A program made the translations under genes and the position numbers. DNA of 64,000 nucleotides from Lama glama (lineage: Eukaryota). How positions within the stretch are numbered: position 1 is the first letter of the stretch; each line of letters begins with the position of its first letter. A model generated the notes under the pieces. The model had not been told where the DNA came from, did not search any database, and saw nothing but the letters and a program-made list of their open reading frames with translations. The DNA is taken from assembly GCA_028534125.1 (NCBI GenBank), contig CM052818.1:13332001-13396000 (forward strand), in the 5' to 3' direction. Of the stretch, positions 38,361 through 50,560 are shown piece after piece.

Positions 38361-40779
38361 CTTAACCTGTGCATTGTATTGTATTGCTGAGGGAATAAAA
38401 AAATAGCAGCTACTATTTATTAAGTGTTCTATATCAGGCATTGTTAGGTATGTTACGTAAATAGTCTTATTTAAGTCCCTAGCAATCCTATTAAATAGAT
38501 ATTGGGATATCATTTCAAAATGAAAAAACTGAGTTTTTGTAGGGTCACCATTTTGCTGGGTTAATAGCCAATTAAACTGGCCATGGGGAAGCATCTGCTT
38601 CTGAAATAACCACCTTCTTGCAGGATGTGCATCCTGCCAGATTGTGGCATGGCACTCAAACCCTCAATAAGAAGCCATTGGTCTCCAGTCAGGCACTGTG
38701 AGAAGAAATCTCAAATCAGGCCCCAGTCTCTAAGGAGCAAACAGTGGGTAAGTCAATCCTGTTGCAACCTTGCCAACCATTTTGTCATTGAGACCTAAAG
38801 CTTTCCAAGCTTCCAGTACCTAATCATCTTCCACTCTTTTTTGTTTGTTGCCTTTAGCATCTCCTCCATCATTCCAAACCAAGTATCATCTTAGAAAACT
38901 ATTGCAAACTTAGAAATTTAGAAACTTTTTTCTCTGTTGAAAGAATATTCAGAGGTCTGGGATTCTAGACACTGTGTCCTAAAAATTTCTGAAATAAACT
39001 TCCTTCCTTCTTTTACTGCAGGTGTACTCTAAAAAAAGAAGGTAGGTTTAAGCTGATTCAATCACTACGACTATAGCCCCGTTGAGCCATGATCAATGCC
39101 TCATGTCACTGAAGCTAGGTGTTGCTGTTTCTCTGGTCTCCAGAAAGAGAACCTTCAAAATATCCCATTTTTTTTAAAGAAAGGGGAGGTGGCATACATC
39201 AGGTCTTAAGAGTTACAATCCAGTTATACATAGGCAATCTGTAATGACTGTTCTAATAGCAATTATTTCATTTATTTCTCTCCAGTTGCTCATATCAATA
39301 TCACTATCCAACCTGCTTGCTAACAGCTTTCTTTGAAAAGGCTACTTATTTATCTGCTTGGCTCGTTATAAAAGATGCATTGTGTCCTCTGAAATATAGC
39401 TGGCTTCTTTTTAAGCCTTTGTAGAAGCTTGAACTAGAGAAGGATTAAGCCATTTTTATGGGAGCCATCCTTTATATCAATTACACTTCAGCTCTGACGT
39501 TAATTGTGACTACCTATTCAAGAATGTCTCCACCATTCAGAATGTGGAAAACATGCCAATGGGAAGCTCAGCTCAATGGCAGTTCTGGCTTCAGCCTTGG
39601 GCTGGACACCCACTTATGCACAGTATGATTCAGACTCCCTTCTCGTAACGCCTTATCTCTAGACACCATTCTCCATGAATCCCTTTCTCTATTCGTAATC
39701 ACTTCTAATCCTTGTGCTCCTCTGTCTGACCTTCTCTTCCCACAAAAATCTAGAAAGTATGCACTTGATAAATAAACAAATCCATTGACAAAGATAGATG
39801 TATTCAGGGTAGCTTTACTAAAATTCAGCTTCAAACTGGTATTTAACAAAATTCCAGCCAAAATACTCATTTGTAACTCCAGCCAACTATTTTATTGAAG
39901 CCAATTCAAAGCCAAACATTTTCCGAATGCCTACAAGGTTACAAAAATAATAAACAATGTTTGGCTATCTTTCAAACATTGGGGGATTCAGAGTCCCAAT
40001 CCCAGAAAGAATAAGAAGAAAAGGTACAAGGAAGCAGACATGAAAAAGGTTATTGCTTGAAGAGTGACTCCCATCCAGAAATCAAAGATGGGAAGTTCAT
40101 TTGGGGAACCTTCAGGTGGTCACCACAACTGCCAGGAAACTGAGACACAGAAGAGAATCATACTGAATGGGTTCTTATAAGTCCTCTCACACACCAGCAC
40201 CTTTTCAGTTGTTTTAAAATAGATTTTCTGCCTTGTTTTGAGTTTATTTCCAGAGGGATTGCAAAAGATACTCAAATGTGACAAAATTAGTACTGCTCTA
40301 GTTCCAGTGTGAGTTGGAGTACCCAAAGACCAGAGATGTTTTTAATACTTAGACTTAAATGCTGAAGAGGGACTAGATTTCTAAGCAACATGCCTCAAAT
40401 GATGGTGTGCTCATATCCACCCACTGAATTATAAATAAAGCTTATATCAACTCTAGATACCATGGGGTCCTAAGAAACCATAAACATGATGTAAACTCAG
40501 AAGCCCTCAATGTAGAAATAGAAACACTCCTTGACCTATATACCCTAGTATACTCTGGTACATCAGTAATAAATCAGTAACTTGAGCAAGGTGCTGAAGT
40601 AGATATGAAAAGCACCTAGCAAGAAGGAAAACAACAAAGCCGACACAAGCATAAAAAACAAGAGTGGAATTTTGGTACATTTTCTAAAATCTAGAGGTTA
40701 GAAATTAATTTTAAAAATAGAAAAAGTAATTAAGTTAACCAAAGCACATGGTAAGAAAATTAAAACAAAATAAAACTAG

Positions 40780-41000
40780 AGTTTATTGAGTATCTGTGTA
40801 TCAGATTCAGTAGTAGGTAGACACTTCCTACAAATATTATCACATTTAGCTCTTAAAAATCTCATGCAAAAGTATTAACAATGTGAAAATTGAGGATCCA
40901 AGACATAAAATAATTTACCCACAGCTAGTAAATGGTAGAACAAGGAATCACACCCAGGTCTACCTCACTCCAAAACTCATATGCTTCCCAGCACCTTATG
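40780..41000 (-). mobile_element. MIR SINE
   Basis: gtttattgagtatct...gtgaaaattgaggatc...acagctagtaaatggtagaacaaggaatcacacccagg...tccaaaactcatatgc. Confidence 0.65.
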
Positions 41001-42169
41001 CTACTTTCTGTGGTCAAGCCTGCAGTAAGAAGGATAATCCAGCTTTTCAGGAAGTATCCAAACAATTTCAGCTTTGATTAAGTAACACTGGTCTTCAGTG
41101 AAATATTAAAATTGCTGCCATCTGAACAGGTCCAATGACCTGTCAGAAATTCCTTTTTACATCCGAAGAAAATCTCTGCTAGAACTAAGATCACACATGC
41201 ATATATTGCAATGCTCCCAAAGATACCTGTAGAAACATCCTATGATGAATTCAGAAGCTCCCTTCCTTTGGGAATATCCCTAAAATTTCTGAACAGGATG
41301 CATAGATAGTGTTAAAAATAGCTTATTCCTTGATACTTTATCTGCTACTATTTTTTCAGTTTATCTGGCTTATGGACCATCTAGCCGTATTAACATACCT
41401 TTGTTACCAAAACCACTTTCTATCACTTTCCTTCTTTTTATTTTTAAATGCCCATTTGAGCAAGCCAGTAAGCTGGGCTAAGCAGCAAAGTATGTATCTG
41501 TGCTGTTCTTTTAGAATCCACCCCTCTGCAGCTGTGGGCATGACATATTCTGTCTTGGGTTCACCTGCAGCTATCTTATCTTCCTCATCAATGTACAATA
41601 TTTCCATGTATGATCTTTTGCTAATGGTTTCCAATAGAGGGAAGAACTACATCTTTATTCTTGCTGCCTCTTTACAGTCACTTGTCAGTGTTTTAACCTT
41701 CTAGGGAGAAAGGAAAATCAAATCTAAGGTTAAGAGAAAAGAAAAAAAGTGAACCATCATGTATGTTGCTTTGAAGTTGGGTTTGACTCATCCTAATCCC
41801 CTGAGAGAAAAGCATAAGAAATGACAGGCCCTTGTTTTCTGATTGGGATAAAATCTTCTATTTATTTTTGATCCTGAGCAATTGACTCCAAAAGGTAAAC
41901 TTAGAACTATATTTTAAATGTTAAATTCCAATGAACAGACATTTTTATTTTTCAAAAAGTAGCCTTTTACTTAGGAGTTATAGGAAAAACAAGATTGTAT
42001 TCATTTGTTCTTGCTCAGTTGTTTTGTAACTTTATATCTACCTAACTTTTCCCCCAGAAAAGTAGCTTTTCTAACTCAGCAAATTATCACTATCCTAATT
42101 TTCTCAAGTCTCAGTTAAGTACGGACAAATTATGAGCTGGAATTCATAACTCTTTGCTTCAGTGAACAT

Positions 42170-42640
42170 TTATTTAGTTCAGTTCTGTTTTATTGCATAT
42201 TTATTAAGTACCAGATGCTTTACTGAGAATTGTATGGCTGAGAATAGAAAGAGGAATAAGCATGGTCCTACATTTAGAAGTTCATAGTCTAATAGGGAGA
42301 CAACATGTGAGTAAGAAAAACACCATTGTGTATAACGGGTGCCCAAACAGACTCAGTACAAGTCAAAAGGGATCGCAGAGAAGGGAGACTAAGGAGAGAA
42401 AGCGGGGTCTGATGTTGGTCTTAGATTCAGCATCTGTGTGTCAGTCACACAAGGTGTGTATATGTGTGTTTGTATGTTCAAGAAAGGAGAGAAGAAGAGG
42501 AAACCATTCTGAGTATAATCAAATGCACACTACAGCTCCCTGGATTCTTGGAACTTCAAGCAGGTTGTTATAGCTGGAGTCTACAATGCAGGGGAAGAAA
42601 TGGTCTAGTCTGAAATGAAGCTAGAGAGAAAGTGGGGGAT
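42170..42640 (-). mobile_element. L2 fragment
   Basis: atatttattaagtacc...catggtccta...agttcatagtctaatagggagacaacatgt...gctggagt. Confidence 0.55.
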
Positions 42641-42649
42641 ATCCCGCCA

Positions 42650-42772
42650 AAATGCAAATCCCAGCCTCCAAACCAGAACTACAGAATTCAAATCTGGATG
42701 TGGGTCTTGGGGATCTTCATTTGTTTACAAGCTTCCCTGGTGCTTCTTATGTCACTGAAGCTGAGAATCCCC
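42650..42772. mobile_element. MER5-like fragment
   Basis: aaaatgcaaatcccagcctcc...atctggatgtgggtcttgggg...acaagcttccctggtgcttctt...ctgagaatcc. Confidence 0.6.
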
Positions 42773-43429
42773 AGAGCAGATGGTGGAGAGCCTCTGCAGG
42801 CATCTCCTCTTCCCTCCTTTCTTGATCATTATTCCTACTATTGATTAGCCCCACCCGGTGGACTGAAGGGGCTGAGGTTCATGGTCCAATTTAGCCATAA
42901 TAAAGCAACATGAGCAAAAAGGAAGGACATAGAAACTATCATCTAAAAAAGGTAAGACCTGGACCCCCATTGTCACATCTGCCCCTTTGGTGAGTATATG
43001 GTCCTTACTTTTTTCACTTCAGTAACTGCTGGGTTTTTTTTTGCCTGGGGAACTATTTTAAGGTGCTTGGCTTTGGTATTCCCAAAATCTTTGTAAAGAT
43101 TGTTTATAAGTAGTTTTTGAGTGGTTGGTTTTACATCCACCTATACTCTTACTTGATTATGTTTCTTATTATGGAAGAATTAAATAGAACAAGTCTTTTC
43201 TAAATGCAAGGATTATATTTTTATGACATTATATTCAATGCTGCATATGCCAGAAACGTGTGAAAATAAGGTTTCAACTCAGCAAGAAGAGAAGCTTGAT
43301 AATATCTCATCAAGAAAAAATCAAGGATACATGAGACTTCAAAGTAGTCCTCAGCTGGTATGCTAAGTGAACAAAGCCGTGCTTCTACCCAAGGAACCTG
43401 CTTGATTTTCTTCTTGCAGGTCTAACCTG

Positions 43430-43539
43430 GATGGCTGTGAGTTGGCTTAATCTCAGCTGGCAACTGTGAGATGTTCAAACAGTCCCCCACAGTGGTCTCT
43501 GGGGTTATGCTAAACAGAGCAATTTCCTTGACCTCATGG
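43430..43539 (+). ncRNA. MIR216A: pre-miR-216a hairpin (mature 5p 43448-43469; 3p about 43487-43508)
   Basis: TAATCTCAGCTGGCAACTGTGA at 43448-43469 matches miR-216a-5p. The flanks GATGGCTGTGAGTTGGCT and CACAGTGGTCTCTGGGGTTATGCTAAACAGAGC match the known precursor with a few substitutions. Confidence 0.97.
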
Positions 43540-44811
43540 ATCAAGAGACTTGCATGGCAACCAGAATTACAGTACCAGATTTCTATTTTGTGACCCAAAA
43601 AGCTGCTATGGTTATTGTTTTGTGCTCAATCTCTTTTCGTCTTATGAAAGTCTTTTTCTGAAGTTGTGTTATACTGGAAAGGCAACTGGAAAGGCCTTGA
43701 TTGAATTCGTGGGCTATTTATAGCACTTCTTCAATGTTACCTGTTGGGTTTTTTGGGGTTTTTTTTATTGCAACCAAGGGACTTTGTGTGTTAGAAGCCA
43801 AACCTAAAATGTTTTCCTTCTGAAAGCTCCCCCCGTTCATTTTGTAGGTGCTACTCTGTCAAATTCCAAGCTGTCCAAAAGGAGATGATCTGCCAGGTCC
43901 TCCTCACACTTCAACTGCCCAGATTATCACACTGAATGGCCCTTCCTCATTCCTTCTGTAAATGTTTTGCATTCAACTGTCCTAATTGTTACTGAAATTT
44001 AGAATCAACTATGGCTCAGGCTAAGGTTGCCACCAGACTTCTGAGCTTCACCTAACTCCAATTCTTGGTGACCCCTGAAAACAGGGGCAGAAAACCATAA
44101 TCTGCAAAAAGATTGAGAACAAATATAAGTCCTTAAGGTGAAAAATAAAGACTGGTTCTCTTCCTCATTCACCCAGAAACACAATGTAAATTAGATGGAG
44201 CAAATTTATAATTAAATGTAAGATTAATTTTAACAACAAAAATTATTAAAGATGCTTTTTTGAGGTCTTGACTGGCACATAGCTCCTTGTGTATCTTCAG
44301 GAAGAGGAGAAGACTGTGTATCTGCCTGGTTAAATTACATTTCTGCTACTGAGGCAGATTTGTATGACCTATTAGGTTTTATTGCCAGAAATTGATGTTG
44401 GGAGTAGGAGGTCGGTTTGAGGACTAGTTATTCCCAGACTAACAGGACAAATACTGAACTATAAGCTAGAAAATAACTTACTTCTTGTAAGAAGAGGGCT
44501 TCATAGGACCCTTTGAAGCTGTGAAACTCTCCAAATGTTATATACATCTTCCTGTTAGTTGAGATAAACTTTTTTCCCCCAAACATTAAAAAAAAAAATT
44601 CTCAACTTCAATCTTGGTGACAGTTTTTCAAAAAGGATAGAAATTTTTTTTTTCAAAAAGAAAGGAAGTGAATGTACTTCAACAAGGTAGGAACTAAGGT
44701 TGAAATAATTGAGCACACACTATGTATCTGGCAATGTTTGTTGCCATGCTTGCACATTCAGTAATTGTTTGTTGCTGTCTGCAGATGTTTACACTACCTG
44801 CTACACATACA

Positions 44812-44953
44812 GGTACCAGGGGAGCTTTTAGAAATGCCAATGGCAAGGACTCCACCACAGATGAATTAAATCAGAATGACCAGGGACCTGGGCATCACTA
44901 TTTGAGAGCTACCCAGAGGATTCTGATGTACAGCAAGAGGTGAGAAACACTGT
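44812..44953. mobile_element. MER5-like MITE
   Basis: accagggggagctttt...aaatcagaat...gattctgatgtacagcaagagggtgagaaacactg. Confidence 0.6.
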
Positions 44954-46857
44954 TTTTGAGCCCAACAAGAAGGCTGTGGATGGAGTGGAGTGAGAGAAAA
45001 ACTGTTAGGAAATGGGGTGGGAGTGATAACAGGGTGAGCCATGCTAAGGATTTGGGGTTTTAATGTGAATGACATGAGAAGCAAATGGAGAGTTTTACTT
45101 AGATGAATGACATGAATTGTTCATAGGTAACAGATCAAACACAATTTTTCAGAACAGAATTATTTATAAACTCATTCTAAAGAAAAATATTTGTTGTAGA
45201 TTACAAATAACTTCCTTGTAATTAAACTTTAGGCATATAGACCAAAGGGTAAGCAGTTCCCACCAAGAGGAGAGGTAGGATAAAAGAACAAGCAGGAAAC
45301 TGACTGAGAAATCAGGAGCCCGAGTTCCTTTTGGCAACTAATTACCCGTGTTACTGTTTTAAGGGGGAAAAAATCACCTATCTTTTCAGCCATATAAAAT
45401 CTGACCTTCTTTTTTTAACTTAAAAAAATCTAGAATTGCATGCTGGTAGTAATTAGTATCAAAATAAAGGGAGGATTTGGCACCTCTACCAGTGAGACAT
45501 TCAAAATGTTGTTCAATGGGGTTAGTTTATGCCAGTCCTAACAGAAGTGGAGTAAAACAGGAGCAACTATTGAGACTTTGTTAGGGCTTCTGGGAACTAA
45601 GTCCTCACCTCAACTGCTAGCACTGACACCATGGCACATGTTACTACACCATGAAGACTACGTAAGTCAAAGTGGAAGCACTTTGGAAGCTCTCTCCGAG
45701 AGCAAGCAGGCAGATCCTACTACGAGTCTGCAGGCTTGCCCCTTAGACGTGTGCCGAATCTGTGATCCTGAGCTGTTGCCATAAACCTGAATTCTATTTC
45801 TGCTCAACACAGGTGGCCATGTTTTGTTCATCCTCCTGCCTGTGTGTTTCTGTCTGACCATACATGCCTACACACTGAGGCTCTGAGCATGGCTTATGTC
45901 AGTCCTCACCTTTAAACCTGGACTGAGCTTTGCCTTTAGTTTGCCCTGCAGGGACCAGGTGCCTCCCATAGCCAATAGCTATTTGGGGCCCCACGCAAAA
46001 GGCATCTCAATACAACTTCTTTAGATGCTGCCTGATTCTGCCCTAACCAGACATCTAGTCATGTACTGCACATCAACCTGTGGTACCCAAATCTTGTACT
46101 GAATTTTCTAAGCATCCCTGGCTTCCTCCCTAGGTATAGATTTCTAGTCCCTACATGTTCCATTACCACCCAGCCCCAGTGCCTACCACAGTGGCTGGAG
46201 TCCAGGAATCAAATGATTTCTCCACTGATTTCCTGACCACTTGACTGTTCCCCAACTGAGAAAAGGTCTCCTGAGTTCATTTCTCCCTGGACAGTTCTTA
46301 ACTGTGCCTCCTTAAATGCTAGAAATCAACATTTCAGTCCTAGCCCCAGAAGTTAAAATTTCCATTAGAACCCCGTTTCTATTGGACACCTAGCACTAGG
46401 GGCTCTGCTGGCTGAAGAGGCTACACTCGCCCTTCAGTTGCTGCAGGGAGCCTTACGATGTGAGGAAGTCCCAACTTGAGGGCAGATTTCCCTCTGTTAT
46501 TGAGAGCAAGCTAGCTAGATGGCCACCCTTATGCCATCAAAGGACTTTATTATCCTCTGCACCCAAATGGATGTGTTAAAGAATGTGGGCAGGCTCAAAT
46601 CAGGCCAGTTAATGTTCCATCCACCAAAAAGGCCTACGAAGTCACTGATAGTCAAGCAGCCAGAGACGTCCTACCAGCAACCCCATAAAAGCTGCAAAGT
46701 AGCCCCAGCTTCATAATGTCTGTCTTCTGTGGACACCCAGATTAGAACTTTCTGTGGCCCTCCCCAAGGCTATACTACTGGAAGATGAACAGTTGTTGAA
46801 TACTCAGAAAGTGCCACCTTTGTTTTCCTTTGGCTCCACCATCCCTCCAAACAATAT

Positions 46858-46957
46858 NNNNNNNNNNNNNNNNNNNNNNNNNNNNNNNNNNNNNNNNNNN
46901 NNNNNNNNNNNNNNNNNNNNNNNNNNNNNNNNNNNNNNNNNNNNNNNNNNNNNNNNN
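46858..46957. other. Assembly gap (100 N) between miR-216a and miR-217
   Basis: Run of N. Confidence 0.99.
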
Positions 46958-47094
46958 CCCCACCCTCCACTAGCAATGAACATGATGGTCTGGAGAGGAT
47001 AAAGATAGGGAAGTGCTAAGCTCAGCCAACATGTTTTGACCAAGAAGAAACTGTAGCTTCAAGTTCTGCTCCACATAAAATACAGCTACTTTTC

Positions 47095-47400
47095 ATTTTC
47101 CATTCAACAAGTTCTTAATGCCAGTGAGGTGCCAGGCTCTGTATTGGGAATGCAGCCATGAACAAACTGTCTCTGCCCTCAGTCTAGTGGAGGAGTTGTT
47201 TGTTAAGCTGGTCATGTAAATATCTCCATTGTAATGATAGATAGTTAACTGCTATGAGCAAAGGATGAGGAGGCCTCATCTAGACTGAAATGAGGTAGAC
47301 ATTTGAAGAATGAGTAGGAATTGTGTGAACAGCATGGTGAAAACCTTAGAAGAAGGAAGGAGGTTGGTCAGCTCTAGGAACAGATAAGGCTCCCCCTGGC
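47095..47400 (-). mobile_element. L2 fragment
   Basis: cattcaacaagttcttaatgcc...gtgccaggctctgt...tctgccctcagtctagtgg...atttgaagaatgagtagga. Confidence 0.65.
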
Positions 47401-47955
47401 TATCTGGCAGTCTTGGCAGCTGCCATGGCCAAGCCAAGAGGATCTCTCTGGAAAATCTCTTGGTGATAACTGGAAAGGGCGACCCTCTGCTTTTTAATTC
47501 TATTATAGACACCTAAATTACTGGAAGATGCCCTTAGCCTATACAGTGCTCCAAAGATTGCTCAAAACTATGACCTAGATTTTAGGATTCCCCTGTTTTA
47601 TGATGGCCTATCTCTGAGTTGTCTTCCATTAACTACCATTTTGCACAGTCCACAGGCATACTAGATATATTTCCAAACTCAAGTAATCTGAGAATGCAGA
47701 GTTCCTAATCTATGATTTTTCTGGGATGATAGGAAATGAAGACAGGAAGTTTCAAATGTACCCCCTAGAAGATCTGTATTAATATAATAATGTCTAACAA
47801 ACAACATTCCTGAATCCAATAATTATTAAAACATGAACTTCTATAGGTGCTTGATCCTGGCCTTTTTCCTTCTAAATCATCATGCTCACTTATCACAGTC
47901 CTATTTAAGATCACCTGTTTCCAATAACCCACATCATCTCAGACCAGGCTAAGCG

Positions 47956-48134
47956 CAATGGTTCTCAAATTACAGTCCCTAGACCACATCACCAGGGAAC
48001 TTTTTAAAATGCCAGTTCTTGGGCCCCATCTCAGATCTTCTAAATCAGAAACTCTCATCATGTGTCCCAGAACACAGTATTTTAACAAGCCCTCTGGATG
48101 ATTCTACTGCATGCTCAAGTTTGACAACCACTGG
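47956..48134. mobile_element. MER5A MITE
   Basis: caatggttctcaaa...tcttgggccccatctcaga...aatcagaaactct...tttaacaagccctctggatgattct...caagtttgacaaccactgg; terminal inverted repeats visible. Confidence 0.8.
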
Positions 48135-49720
48135 CCTATGTAGGACCTTCACCCACCTCATGAATCCCTCTTTCCCCACGCAATTTCCTGTAGCAGTCTG
48201 TAATGAAAGATGATATTCCCATATCTAACCATTCCAGCCACCATATCTCAGACCTCAGGGCTTTCAAAACTTGGATTCTTAGTCTAGGCACTTCAAATAG
48301 TTAATAACATCATAGAACCATGACATGTGGGCAGTTGTACTTCTATCCAGTTACTTTTGGTAAATGACACTACTTAGAGAAGATCACACAGAACATATTT
48401 GCATCAGTCAAATCTTGCAGGATCCTATTCTTCATCTATTTTTATTTCCTTATCACATTCCTCCTAACTTACAAAATGACACAATACTAGTTTTCAAGTT
48501 ATTGCTAGAATTGTTAACTCAGTTCCCTAATCTGTCAAACCTAGTTGCAAAAAACAAAACTATACCTACAGAGAGACCATGAGAGTTATAGGGGAATATC
48601 ACAATGGACTGATTTCTGGGTTCTTCTCCTGGAGTTCCTTCTCCAAAGGAGGTCTTTAGGGTGCTCAATACCATTCTGCTTACAAGTCCTTTGGCTTTAC
48701 AAAAATATTCCCTATGAAAAGTATATCAACCTTAAGGAAATGTCTGTTAAACAACTGAGATAACATACTTGATCAAAGGTCAGAACGCTAGAAAAAAGAT
48801 ACAATAGGCTGGAAATTATATCCCTGGAGTATTTTAATGTATTCTAAAATTTCACCATCTGTAAAATAAAAATACAGTGAAACCTTAATTCTCAAGCCTA
48901 CTTGGGATCCGGATAAATGAAGACAGACAGGTAGCAATCCCAGAATGGACTCTTCAGTCTCCATTCTGTGATTTCCACCTCTCAGCTCCACCATTATTCT
49001 ACTTCCAAATCCCCTACCCAACTATTTCCTCTTTATGTCCAGAATAGCCCATGCAAAGCAGAAACTCCATTGGACAGAAGGATAGATTTGCTAAGTAATA
49101 CTTGAACCCTTCATTTATTCTATACTTGGGGAAATTCTGGAGGACTAATTAGGATTTTCTAGTGAGATCACAAATAGCAAAATTATCAATAAGAAACCAG
49201 TAACATTCTTAGGGATGTGTGTTTGGCCACAACATTCTTCTTGGTGTCATGTGCTTCTTATATTAACTAACTCTAATAACTGTATCATTTCAGTGAGCTA
49301 GAATTCTAGAATGGTTAAAAAGACATAATAAATGTACCTTGAAAATATACATGCAGTTTATCCTAATCAATGAATCTAAAATTAAGTGATCATTAGATTG
49401 TCTCATTCAAATCTACCTTAAATTTTAATACTTAAAAATAATCATTAAAAATTAGAATGAATGGCTTAATGATATTTTTTAAATATCCTCTCTAACAAAA
49501 TACTTATCCACACTAGATTGTCATGAAATAAGTGATTGTGCTAAGTGAGTCTTACACACATTACATTTATAGTCTCTCTTGATAACCTGGGGAAATTATT
49601 CATTAGTGTGACTTCCAATTCATTTATCATGTGACATGTTTTTAAAAAGTTATTTAATTGAAAATTTCACATGTAGGAACAAAAGGGAACAAATTTGCAA
49701 ATTCTGAATAAATGATACTC

Positions 49721-49830
49721 AACATAATTATTATAGAGTTTTTGATGTCGCAGATACTGCATCAGGAACTGATTGGATAAGAATCAGTCACCATCAGTTC
49801 CTGATGCATTGCCTTCAGCATCTAAACAAT
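49721..49830 (+). ncRNA. MIR217: pre-miR-217 hairpin (mature 5p 49755-49777)
   Basis: TACTGCATCAGGAACTGATTGGA at 49755-49777 matches miR-217-5p. The complementary arm is CATCAGTTCCTGATGCATTGCC at 49792-49813. Confidence 0.97.
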
Positions 49831-50389
49831 CATCAGTAAACACCTGAAGTTAGATTTGCTGGGATGTATTTATGGTTATACAATAAAATAAGCACTCTTA
49901 ATTTAACCCTAAAGAGAAATATTTCTGAGGGGTTGTCCCAAGATGCTAAAACACCTATCACTAGCTACCACTCATAGATTTATTAATGGAACCAGAGAAG
50001 TTAATCTAGTTCCATGTTTATGCCTATAATACAGTTGTACCTTCCTTGCTAAATATATAGTATGAAATAAGACAATCTAAAACTTGCTGATCATTTTTAT
50101 AACTTGTGAGAAAAATAAGTACATATATTTGATTTGCTAACTTTGCTTATCTTTTTAAAAAGCATTTATGGAGTTTAAATAGGTATTGAAATTTAAACAG
50201 AGATTATTTCCCATTATTACCACTAAAGTAAATATTATAGGAAAAAATGCTACAAAGCAGTTACTATAAAAGATAACATGTTATGACTAATTATACTTTC
50301 AACTAGCCTAAATTCATTTGTATTTCCAGCATTTTCTAACTCAAATGGTCAAGGTGGTTTGAGAAGCAAGTTTATTTTGCTTCACTTAT

Positions 50390-50560
50390 TAACTCATTTA
50401 TCAGACATTTATTAAACACCTATTATGTGCCAGGTATTACTCTAGGCACTTGTGATACAGCAGTGTGCAAAGTTACTACATTAATGGAGCTTACATACTT
50501 ACGAAGAGAACAGACTGAAAAACAATTTATAATAGTTTGTGTAAAATCAAGAGTTTTTAG
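50390..50560 (-). mobile_element. L2 3' fragment
   Basis: tcatttatcagacatttattaaacacctattatgtgccagg...gatacagcagtg...atggagcttacat. Confidence 0.7.

Larger units (their letters stand above)
31254..49830 (+). ncRNA. MIR217HG: Minimal span of the pri-miR-216b/216a/217 host transcript (MIR217HG orthologue); true ends unknown
   Basis: Three co-oriented hairpins in the conserved order 216b-216a-217, spaced about 12.2 kb and 6.3 kb. In other mammals these come from one non-coding host gene. Exon structure cannot be fixed from sequence alone. Confidence 0.75.

Noticed and set aside
39568..39870. 100-aa minus-strand ORF as a protein-coding gene
   Set aside because: No recognisable homology and no in-frame upstream exon found. 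Kept only as part of the antisense-transcript hypothesis.
49882..49887. AATAAA just after miR-217 as the host-gene poly(A) signal
   Set aside because: AATAAA is frequent in this AT-rich DNA (another lies just upstream of the hairpin) and there is no clear downstream GU-rich element.
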